Source: an uncultured Acidobacteriota bacterium (lineage in GTDB: Bacteria > Acidobacteriota > Thermoanaerobaculia > UBA5066 > DATFVB01). Taken from it: 64,000 nt of DNA. Each line of letters starts with the position of its first letter. Position 1 is the first letter of the stretch. The notes beneath the pieces were generated by a model. The model ran no database searches. It was not told the DNA's origin and saw only the letters and a list, made by a program, of their open reading frames with translations. Positions 17,448-27,238 of this stretch are shown here, one piece after another. The position numbers were made by a program, and so were the translations under genes. Location: contig CAWEYG010000003.1 of assembly GCA_963813155.1 (NCBI GenBank), positions 704,001 through 768,000 on the forward strand, written 5' to 3'.

Positions 17448-19859
17448 ATGACCGGAATTTGGCACGACCTCCGATACGCGGCGCGGACGCTCCGCAGGTC
17501 TCCCGGTTTCACCGCCGTCGCGGTCCTGACGCTCGCCCTCGGCATCGGAGCGAACACGGCGATCTACGGCATCGTCAACGGAGTCCTCCTGCGGCCGCTC
17601 CCCTTTCCCGACTCGGATCGCCTCGTCATGGTCCGCGAAGACGAGCCCGAGAAGGGATTTCTCGGCATGACCGCTTCGCCCCCCAATTTCCTGGATTGGA
17701 AGGCCCAGAGCCATTCCTTCACGGATCTCGCCGCCTACGATCGAAGCTCGGACGCGGTCACCGGCTCGGGCGATCCGGAGCAGGTGAAGTACGCGGAGGC
17801 CACGGCCTCGCTCTTTTCCGTCCTCGGCGTCCGCCCGGCGATCGGCCGCGTCTATTCGGAGCAGGAGTGCGTCAAGGGGAAAGACCGCGTCGCGGTGTTG
17901 AGCCACGGGCTCTGGCTGCGCCGATTCGGAGGACGCGCGGACGCGGTCGGTTCGACTCTGCGGCTCGCCGGCGAGCCGTACACCGTGATCGGGGTGATGC
18001 CGCCCGGGTTCCAGTTTCCGGCGACGAACCACGACCTCTGGATTCCCATGAGCTTTCCCGCAGACGTCGCGACGCAGCGCGGCGCCCATTACATTTCCGT
18101 CGTGGGACGGCTTCGGCCGGGGGTTTCCCTTCCGGGAGTCGAGACCGAAATGAAGGGAATCGCGTCCCGCCTCGCGGCCGCGTATCCCAAAACGAACCAG
18201 GGGCACACGGTCTCGATCAAGACGCTGAAGGAACAGATCGTCGGAAAGGTGAAGCCCGCGCTCCTCCTGCTGATGGGAGCCGTCGCTCTCGTCGTCCTGA
18301 TCGCCTGCGCGAACGTCGCGAACCTGCTCCTCGCCCGCTCGTCGGGCCGCGGCCGGGAAATGGCGGTTCGCACCGCGCTCGGCGCGGGCCGGCCGCGCCT
18401 GATCCGGCAGCTCCTCACGGAGTCGTTGCTCCTCTCCGGAATCGGCGCGGCGCTCGCGGTCCTGCTCGCGCGGCTCGCCGACGGACTCATCATCCGGTTC
18501 GGACCGAAGGACATTCCGCGGCTCGCCGAGGCGGGAATCGACGGCGCGGTTCTGGCCGTGACGGCGGGGATCGCCGTGGCGACAACCGTCGTTTTCGGCC
18601 TGCTCCCCGCGCTTCGGGCGACCCGCTCCAGTCCGTCTTCCACGCTCAAGGAAAACTCTGCCACGGGAGGCCCGAACCGGGAGCGCCTCCGCGGCGTCCT
18701 CGTGGCCGGCGAGATGGCGCTCGCGCTCATGCTCCTCGCCGGCGCGGGCCTTCTCGTCAAGAGCCTTTCACGGCTGGTGCGAATCGACCCGGGGTTCCGA
18801 ACCGACCACGTCCTGACGTTCGACCTCACACTCGACTCGAAATACAAGGACACGGCGGCGGTGTCCGGCTTCTATCGAGGCCTTCTCGACGAGATCAACC
18901 GGATCCCCGGCGTCCGCGCTTCGGGAAGCGTGTTCTGCGCCCCGCTCTCCGACTCGGGGTTCAGCAGCTCGTTCTCCGTTCGGGGCGCTCCCGTCCCGGA
19001 GCAGGACCAGCCTTCGCTCAATCTCCGCGTCGTCTCGCCCGATTACTTTCGCACGATGAGGATTCCGCTCGTCGCAGGCCGGCTCCTCTCGGACCACGAC
19101 CGCCGCGGCGGCGACCGGGTCCTGCTGCTCACACAGACGGCGGCGCGCAGGTTCTGGCCGAACGGAGGAGCAATCGGACAATACCTGCGCCTCGGCGCGC
19201 GGCCGAGCTCGGACGAGGTGGAGGGCACGGTCGTCGGGATCGTCGGGGACACCCGTGATTCCGCTCTCGCCGAAGACCCGCAACCCGCGGCCTACTTTCC
19301 GCTCGACCAGGTCGGCGTTTCGGGATTGACGATCGTCGTTCGAACGGCACAACCGCCCAAAGCCGTCGCCGCCTCCGTTCGAAGCGTCGTCTCCCGCCTC
19401 GACCGGGACCTGCCGGTCGTCGGAATGACGTCGATGGACGACGTCGTCTCCCAGTCGCTCGCGCGACCCCGGTTCTACGCATTCCTGCTCCTGGTCTTTT
19501 CGCTGACCGCCCTCGGGCTCGCCGCCGTCGGGATCTACGGGGTCCTTTCGTACGCGGTCGCCCAGCGGACCCGGGAAATCGGCATCCGGATCGCCGTCGG
19601 GGCAGAGCGCAAGGACGTGATGGCGATGATCCTCCGCCGGGCCGCGCTCCTCGCGCTCACCGGCCTGGGAGCGGGGCTCGTCGCGTCGCTTCTCTCGACG
19701 CGCCTGCTTTCGGGGATTCTCTACGGCGTGGCGCCGACGGACCCCGCGACGATCCTCGAGGTCTCGGCAGTTCTTTTCGCCGTCGCGCTCCTGGCTTCCT
19801 ATTTCCCGGCGCGCCGGGCGACGCGGGTCGATCCGATGACGGCGCTTCGGAACGAATGA
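17448..19859 (+). CDS. ADOP-family duplicated ABC permease #3
   Basis: 803 aa, LIACANVANLLLAR, QRTREIGIRIAVGA, VDPMTALRNE. Confidence 0.92.
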   Translation: MTGIWHDLRYAARTLRRSPGFTAVAVLTLALGIGANTAIYGIVNGVLLRPLPFPDSDRLVMVREDEPEKGFLGMTASPPNFLDWKAQSHSFTDLAAYDRSSDAVTGSGDPEQVKYAEATASLFSVLGVRPAIGRVYSEQECVKGKDRVAVLSHGLWLRRFGGRADAVGSTLRLAGEPYTVIGVMPPGFQFPATNHDLWIPMSFPADVATQRGAHYISVVGRLRPGVSLPGVETEMKGIASRLAAAYPKTNQGHTVSIKTLKEQIVGKVKPALLLLMGAVALVVLIACANVANLLLARSSGRGREMAVRTALGAGRPRLIRQLLTESLLLSGIGAALAVLLARLADGLIIRFGPKDIPRLAEAGIDGAVLAVTAGIAVATTVVFGLLPALRATRSSPSSTLKENSATGGPNRERLRGVLVAGEMALALMLLAGAGLLVKSLSRLVRIDPGFRTDHVLTFDLTLDSKYKDTAAVSGFYRGLLDEINRIPGVRASGSVFCAPLSDSGFSSSFSVRGAPVPEQDQPSLNLRVVSPDYFRTMRIPLVAGRLLSDHDRRGGDRVLLLTQTAARRFWPNGGAIGQYLRLGARPSSDEVEGTVVGIVGDTRDSALAEDPQPAAYFPLDQVGVSGLTIVVRTAQPPKAVAASVRSVVSRLDRDLPVVGMTSMDDVVSQSLARPRFYAFLLLVFSLTALGLAAVGIYGVLSYAVAQRTREIGIRIAVGAERKDVMAMILRRAALLALTGLGAGLVASLLSTRLLSGILYGVAPTDPATILEVSAVLFAVALLASYFPARRATRVDPMTALRNE

Positions 19860-19869
19860 GGAGGCTCGA

Positions 19870-22295
19870 ATGAACCGCACGGCCCAGAACGTCCGCTACG
19901 CCCTTCGCTCGTTCCGCCGGAGCCCGGGGTTCTCCCTCGTCGCGATCGGTACACTCGCGCTCGCGATCGGGACGACGACGGCGATTGTTTCGCTCTCGCG
20001 CGCGGCGTTGACGAAGTCCCTTCCGTACCGGGATCCGGAAAGGCTCGTCCACGTCTGGGTCACGTATCCGAACGGGGAGCACGAAACGTCTTATCCCGAC
20101 TACCTCGACTGGCGAAGCAAAAGCGCCGCGTTCGAGGACATGGGCGGATACGTCGGCGGGCTGAAAGGCTCACTACGGCTGCGCGCGGATTCCGTGCCGG
20201 TCCGCGCCGCGACCGCGACCGCGAGTTTCTTCACGACGCTCGGGGTCGCGCCGATCCTTGGCCGCGGATTCGACGCGCGCGACGAGCTCCCGAATTCGGA
20301 ACGCGTCGTGCTCCTGAGCCACCGGCTGTGGGCCGAGCGGTTCGGCGCCGACCCGGGCATCGTCGGCCGTTCGATCGAATTCAACGGCTCTCCGAGGCGC
20401 ATCGCGGGAATCCTGCCGTCGCTCTTCAACTTCGCTCCCGCCGGCGGGGCCGAGATCTGGGTGAACGTGCGTCTCGACGCGGAGCGGATGCGACGCAACC
20501 TCTGGTGGCTCAACGTCGTCGCGAGAACGAAGCCGGGAGTCTCGACTCGAAAAGCCCGTGCGGATCTGGCCCACGTCCAAGCGTTGCTCGAGAAGGCTTA
20601 TCCCGATTCCGACTCGGGTCTCGGGATCCGGCTCGTGTCCCTGCGCGACCAGGTGCTCGGCCCCGTGCGGCCCATCCTCGCCGCCCTTCTCGGCGCCGTC
20701 GCGGCCGTCCTTCTGATCGCGTGCGCGAACGTCGCGGGCCTCCTTCTCGGCCGGGCTTCGGCGAGGAGAAAAGAAATCGCTATCCGGATGGCGCTCGGCG
20801 CCGGCTCGCGCGATCTCGTGGCGCAGTTGCTCACGGAAAGCCTCACTCTCGGCGCGATCGGGGGCGCGATCGGAATTCTCGGGGCCCACTGGGGCGTGCG
20901 TCTGCTGCTCTCCGGAATTCCCGAGGCCCAGGCCGCCGCCATGCCGTATCTCGCGCACGCGGGCCTCGACGGAGAAGTCCTGCTCGCGGGAATCGCTCTC
21001 TCGCTCGGCAACGGGAGTGCTGTTCGGCCTCGTCCCGGCGCTCCAGAGCGCGCGGCCGGCCCCGGAGGAGGCCCTGAAAGACGGATACGCGGCCGGCGGC
21101 CGGTCCCGCAACCGGATGCGCAGCGCTCTCGTCGTCTCGGAAATTGCGATCGCGATCGTGCTGCTCACGGGAGCGGGCCTGATGCTCCGAAGCACGCTCG
21201 CTCTTCTCCGGGTGGATCCGGGCTTCGAGACGAAGAACCTGCTGACTCTCCAGATTGCGCTCCCCTCCAACGGCCGCTATGAAGGCGAGGACAAGCTCGC
21301 GATGTTCCACGACCAGCTCATGGCGAAGGATCCGCGCGGTTCCCGGCGTGAAGTCGGTCGGAACGGTGGACGTTCTGCCGCTCTCCGGCGGCGGCAACAC
21401 CGTGGACTTCGCCGTCGAGGGAAGGACGGTCCTTCCGGGTCAGGAGATGGAAGCGAACATCCGCACGGTCTCGCCGAACTATTTCCACGACATGGGCATC
21501 CCGCTCGCGGGCGGGAGGGCCTTCGACGCGAGGGACGTCCGGAGCGGTCCGCGAACCGTCATCGTCAACCGCACGCTCGCCCGCCGCTTCTTCGGCGGCG
21601 CGAACCCGATCGGCCGCCGGATCCGGTTCACGTTCAACGACAAGCAGCCGTTCCGGGAGATCGTCGGCGTCGTCGGCGACGAAAACGAGAAGAGCCTCGA
21701 CTCGGAGCCCGCGCCCGTCGTCTACGCGAGCTTCTTTCAGAGCCTCGACGACTCGATGAGCGTCGTCGTCCGCACGGCAGGGAGGCCGGAGGACCTCGGG
21801 GCTTCGGTGAAGGCGGCGATCCGTTCGATCGACAAAGACGTCATGATCCTCGACGTGACGAGCATGGGGCGGCTCATCACCGACGCTCCGTCCACTTTCC
21901 TCCGGCGCTATCCCGCCTTCCTCATCGGCCTCTTCGCCGCGCTCGCCCTCCTTCTGGCGGCGATCGGCCTGTACGGGATCATGGCGTTCGCGGTGAATTG
22001 CCGCGTGCGCGAGATCGGAATCCGCGTCGCCCTCGGCGCGCAGCGCGGCGACGTGATCGGAATGGTGCTCCGCGAAGGCAGCCGCCTCGTCGCGGCCGGG
22101 CTCGCTCTCGGGATCGCCGGCGCCCTCGCGGCGAGCCGCCTTCTGGCCTCGATCCTCTTCCGGACCAAGCCGTTCGATCCGCCGACGATCGCCGCGGTCT
22201 CGACTCTTCTCGCTCTCGCGGCGCTGCTCGCGTGTTATCTGCCCGCCCGCCGGGCCGCGAACGTCGATCCAATGGTCGCGCTGCGGGAAGAGTGA
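19870..22295 (+). CDS. ADOP-family duplicated ABC permease #4 (frameshifts near 21012 and 21325)
   Basis: Three ORF pieces join into the family architecture: LIACANVAGLL, VDPGFETKNLL, REIGIRVALGA, VDPMVALREE. Confidence 0.88.
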
Positions 22296-22302
22296 GGGAA
22301 TC

Positions 22303-24799
22303 ATGAGCGGGATCTTCCAGGACGTTCGGTATGCTTTGCGATCCCTTCGCAAAACGCCGGGTTTTACGGTGGTCGCCGTGTTCACCCTCGCGCTCGGCAT
22401 CGGCGCGAACACCGCGATCTTCTCGGTGGTCGACGCGGTTCTTCTTCGCCCGCTTCCGTTCCGCGCGCCCAACCGCCTCGTCATGGTCTGGGAACGGAGG
22501 CCGCAACGCGACCACGTGGTCGCGAGCTACCCGGATTTCCGCGACTGGCGAGACCGCAGCCGTTCGTTCGACGGCATGGCGGCGTTCTCGGCCTGGACGC
22601 ACAATCTCACCGGCGCAAGCTCTCCGGAGCGCGTCGAAAGCGCCGTCGTCTCGACGAACTTCTTCGACGTCCTCGGGGTCACGCCGAGCATCGGCCGAGC
22701 CTTCCGGCCGGAGGAGGAAACGAAAGGCCACGACGATGTCGTCGTGCTGGGCCACGCGTTCTTTCTGAGGCGATTCGGCGGCGATCGATCCGTCGTCGGA
22801 AAGAACATTCTGCTCGACGGAACACCCTTCCGGGTGATCGGCGTGGCGCCGACCGGAATTCGGCTCCCGTCGCTCTCGTCGAACACGGATCTGTTCGTTC
22901 CGGTCATCACCGAGCGCGCCGCGAACGAGACGGCGCCCGCCGGCGCGCCGCACGAGCATGACGGTCCGGTCGTCGCCGACCGGGCCGCCCACGGGTATTA
23001 CCGGGCGGTCGAGAACCGGCAGGGACATTACCTGAGCGTCGTCGCGCGTCTCAAGGGACGGGGTCTCGCTCGCCGCCGCGCAGGGCGATCTCTCCGCGGT
23101 CGCCCGCACGCTTCAGCGGGAGTACCCCGTTTCGAACTCGAACCACGCGATCGACGCCTTCCCGCTTTCGCGCGAGGTCGCCGGTCCCGCGCGCCCGGCT
23201 CTCCTCGCGCTTCTCGGCTCGGTTTTCGTCCTCCTCGCGATCGCGTCGGTCAACGTCGCGAACATGCTCCTTTCGCGAGCCACGGCGCGGTCCCACGAGA
23301 TCGCCGTCCGCACGGCCCTTGGCGCCGGCCGTGCTCGGCTGGTCCAGCAACTCCTGGTCGAGAGCCTCGTCCTGTCCCTGATCGGCGGCGCGCTGGGGGT
23401 CATCGCCGCGTCGACGGGTGTCGCGCTCGTCCGGAGATTCGGGCCCGCGGACATAGCCCGCCTCGACCAGGCGCGGGTGGATGGGGCCGTCCTCCTCTAT
23501 GCGTTCGCGATCTCGCTCGCGACCGGAGTTCTTTTCGGCCTCGCGCCGGCCGCGCACGCCTCCGTGAAGCGCCTGAGCGATGCCCTCAAGCAGGGCGACC
23601 GGCGCGTCGCGCGGGGGGAAGGGCGAGCGGGGCGCGTCCTCGTCGCGTCTGAATTCGCGCTGTCGGTGGTTCTCCTGCTCGGCGCCGGGCTCATGCTCAA
23701 GAGCTTCTGGCGCCTCGCCCACGTCGACCCCGGCTTCGCAACGGATAGGATCATGACCGCGGAGCTCGATTTTCCCGAAGCGAAGTACCCGCGGGGGCGC
23801 GACATTTCGGCCTTCGGCACGCGGCTGCTCGAGCGGCTGCGCGCCATGCCCGGCGTCGATCGGGCCGGCGCCGTTTCGAACCTGCCGTTCCGCGGCGATC
23901 GGCGAATGAACCTGTCTTTCGTCGTCCAGGGACGGCGATCGGATCCCGCCAGTCCGCTCATCGCCGTCTACTCGTCCGCGACACCCGGCTACTTCGAAAC
24001 GCTCGAGCTCCCTCTCGAGCGCGGACGCCCGTTCACCGACGGCGACACCCGCGAGGCGCCGAAAGTCGCAATCGTCAACCGGACCCTCGCGCACTCCATA
24101 TTCCCCGGACAGGATCCCGTCGGCCGGCGGATCTCCCTCGAGGACGAGCCCGGGCCGAACGACTGGGCGACGATCGTGGGAGTCGTCGGGGACGTCCGGA
24201 GCGATTCGCTCGCCTCGGCCGCCACGAACCAGATCTACATGCCCTTCGCTCAGAACGCGCAATCGGGCATGGCCGTCGTCGTGCGCGCGCGAGAGCCGAA
24301 GGCGCTTGCCGCCGCGATTCGTTCGGCCGTCTCGGAGATCGATCCGGACGAGCCCGTGTACGCCATCCTGCCGCTCGCCGACATCGTGGCGGAGACGACG
24401 GAGCAGCCCCGCTTTCGAGCGTTCCTCACCGCCGCGTTCGCCGCGCTCGCGCTGATTCTCGCGGCGATCGGAATCTACGGCGTGCTGTCGTATTCCGTCG
24501 CGCGGCGCACGCACGAGATCGGGATCCGGATCGCGCTCGGCGCCGCGCGGAGAGACGTGCTGCGGCTCGTCGTCGGAGGCGGGATGCTCCTCGCCGTGAT
24601 CGGCGTCGCGGTCGGTCTGATCGCCGGCGCGCTCGCTTCGCGAGCGCTTTCGGCGCTGCTCTACGGTGTTGCCGCCACCGACGTACCGACGTTTGCGGCC
24701 GTCGCCGGGATTCTCCTCGGCGTCGCGCTCGCGGCGTCCGTCGTGCCCGGGTGGCGGGCCTTGCGCGTCGACCCCATGGTCGCGCTGCGGGAAGAGTGA
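22303..24799 (+). CDS. ADOP-family duplicated ABC permease #5 (frameshift near 23058)
   Basis: DVRYALRSLRKTPGF start. The second piece carries HEIAVRTALGA, HEIGIRIALGA and VDPMVALREE. Confidence 0.88.
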
Positions 24800-24808
24800 G
24801 GTGAAACG

Positions 24809-27229
24809 ATGAACGGACTTCTCCAGGATCTTCGGTACGTTCTCCGCGGGTTTCGGAAGTCGCCCGGTTTCGCGGCGGTCGCCGTCGCGACGCTCGCGCT
24901 CGGGATCGGGGCCAACACGGCGATCTTCACCGTCGTCGACACGGTGCTGCTGCGGCCCCTGAGCTTTCCGGCTCCCGAGCGAATCGTCACGCTGTGGGAC
25001 CGGGATTCCGAGGGCAAGCCCGACAATGTCGGGTGGCCGACTTTCGTGGACTGGAAGCGCGAGACGCGCTCTTTCTCCGACATCGCCGTCCTCTCGTACT
25101 GGAGCCCGACGTTGACCGGTGGGCTCCGGGCCGAATCGCTGGAGGGCCTCCGCGTTACGGAAGGATTTTTCCGGACCCTCGGCGTCTCTCCCGCCCTCGG
25201 CCGAGACTTCCTCCCCGAAGAGGACCGCAAGGACCGAAACCACGTAGTCATTCTCGGAAACGGCCTTTTCGAGAGGCGATTCGGCGGCGACCGCTCGATC
25301 GTCGGGCGCGCGATCTCGCTGGGGGGAACCCCCTACACGGTCGTCGGTGTTCTGCCGAAGCAATTCGACTCGGTCTTCTCGGTCGATCGGCACGAAGACA
25401 CCCAGATCTGGTCCCCGCTCGGCTACGACGCGACGATCCCGTGGGCTTGCCGCGACTGCCGGCACCTCCGCGCCATCGGCCGCCTGAAACCGGGAGCGTC
25501 CCTTGCGGCCGCCAATCTCGATCTCAACCGGGTGGAAACGTCGCTGTTCCGCGCTTACCCGAAGGAATATGCGTCGCCGAAGACGTCGGTGATCCCGCTC
25601 GTCCAGCAGCTCTTCGGAAAGGTCCGCGTGTCCCTTCTCGCCATGCTGGCGGCCGTCGCGCTCGTGCTCGTGATGGCGTGCGCGAACGTCGCGAGCGTCC
25701 TCCTCGCCCGCGTCGGCGAGCGCCGCAAGGAGATCGCCCTGCGATTCGCCCTCGGCGCCAGCCACGGCCGCGTCGTCCGGCTCCTCCTGACGGAAAGCCT
25801 CCTTCTCTCCCTCTTCGGCGGGGCCCTCGGTCTCGCGATCGCGGCGGGGGCTTCCCGCGGCCTCGCCGCGGCCGCTCCGGTCGACCTGCCGAGGCTCTCC
25901 TCGATGGCAATCGACCTGCGCGTCTTCTTCGTCTGCCTGTTGACGTCGATCGCGACGGGCATCGCGTTCGGTCTCGGGCCCGCATTCGCGATGGGCCGTT
26001 TCGATTCCGCCGCGGCCCTGGCCGATTCCTCCGGAGGGACGGCGGGCCGGCAGCGAAGGCGTTTTCTGGCCGGCCTCGTCGTCGCCGACGTCGCGCTCGC
26101 GCTCGTTCTGCTCTCGGGAGCGGGGCTCCTCGTTCGAAGCGTTTCGCGCCTGTTCGGCGTCGAATCCGGATTCGATGCGAGCCGCGTGGCGAAACTCGAC
26201 GTGCATCTCTCCGGCGCCCGCTATCGGAAAGACGAAGCGCTGAACGCGTTCTACCGAAACGCGCTGGACCGGGTCCGTTCGCTCCCCGGCGTCGAGTCGG
26301 CCGCCGTCACGAGCCTGCTGCCGCTCGGGACGAACTTCGACGCCTACGGCGTCCACTCGGAAGACCACCCGAACCCGAATCCCGAGAACGATCCTTCGGC
26401 CGACCGATTCTCCGTGAGCCCCGATTACCTCAAGACGATGCAGATTCCCGTTCTTCGCGGGCGAGGACTCGCCGAGTCCGAAAGCACGCCCGTCGTCCTG
26501 ATCAACCGCGAGCTCGCGCGCGGGGTCTTCGGGACGGCGGATCCGATCGGAAAACGGATCCGGGTGGGGGGCACGGACGGTCCCTGGAGAACGATCGTCG
26601 GAATCGTCGGCGACGTCCGCCAGCGCGGCCTCGACGCCCCCCAGTCGTACCAGGTCTATCTCCCCGCAGAGCAGTTCATGGCGGACAACGACCGAACGAT
26701 CGTGATCCGGACTTCCCGCTCTTTGCCGGGCGCCGTCGCACGGACCGCGGCCGCCGCCGTCGCGGCGCTCGACCGCGACCAGGTCGTCGATCACGTCGGC
26801 ACGATGGAAGAAGTCGTCGCGGCATCCGCCGGCCGGAGGCGCTTCGCCGAAGTCGCCCTCGGAGCTTTCGCCCTGATGGCGATCCTCCTCGCCTCGATCG
26901 GAATCTACGGCGTCGTCGCGCGCGGCGTCGTCCAGCGCCGGCGGGAGTTCGGCATCCGGATGGCCCTCGGCGCGCCGCGAGCGTCCGTTCTGCGGCTCGT
27001 CGCGGCCGGGACATTCGGCTGGATCGCGGCGGGCCTCGCGGTTGGCGTCGCCGGGACCCTCGCGGCCACGCGGCTGCTCCAGAACGAGCTGTTCGCCGTG
27101 AGCCCGCGCGATCCGGCCACGCTCGCCGAAGTCGTCGCCCTGATGACGGCGGTCGGCCTCCTCGCCTGTCTCATCCCCGCCCGGCGCGCCATGCGGGTCG
27201 ACCCGATGACCGCCCTGCGGGAGGAATGA
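24809..27229 (+). CDS. ADOP-family duplicated ABC permease #6
   Basis: 806 aa with family motifs, periplasmic WACRDCRHL, VDPMTALREE. Confidence 0.92.
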   Translation: MNGLLQDLRYVLRGFRKSPGFAAVAVATLALGIGANTAIFTVVDTVLLRPLSFPAPERIVTLWDRDSEGKPDNVGWPTFVDWKRETRSFSDIAVLSYWSPTLTGGLRAESLEGLRVTEGFFRTLGVSPALGRDFLPEEDRKDRNHVVILGNGLFERRFGGDRSIVGRAISLGGTPYTVVGVLPKQFDSVFSVDRHEDTQIWSPLGYDATIPWACRDCRHLRAIGRLKPGASLAAANLDLNRVETSLFRAYPKEYASPKTSVIPLVQQLFGKVRVSLLAMLAAVALVLVMACANVASVLLARVGERRKEIALRFALGASHGRVVRLLLTESLLLSLFGGALGLAIAAGASRGLAAAAPVDLPRLSSMAIDLRVFFVCLLTSIATGIAFGLGPAFAMGRFDSAAALADSSGGTAGRQRRRFLAGLVVADVALALVLLSGAGLLVRSVSRLFGVESGFDASRVAKLDVHLSGARYRKDEALNAFYRNALDRVRSLPGVESAAVTSLLPLGTNFDAYGVHSEDHPNPNPENDPSADRFSVSPDYLKTMQIPVLRGRGLAESESTPVVLINRELARGVFGTADPIGKRIRVGGTDGPWRTIVGIVGDVRQRGLDAPQSYQVYLPAEQFMADNDRTIVIRTSRSLPGAVARTAAAAVAALDRDQVVDHVGTMEEVVAASAGRRRFAEVALGAFALMAILLASIGIYGVVARGVVQRRREFGIRMALGAPRASVLRLVAAGTFGWIAAGLAVGVAGTLAATRLLQNELFAVSPRDPATLAEVVALMTAVGLLACLIPARRAMRVDPMTALREE

Positions 27230-27238
27230 GGTGATTCG

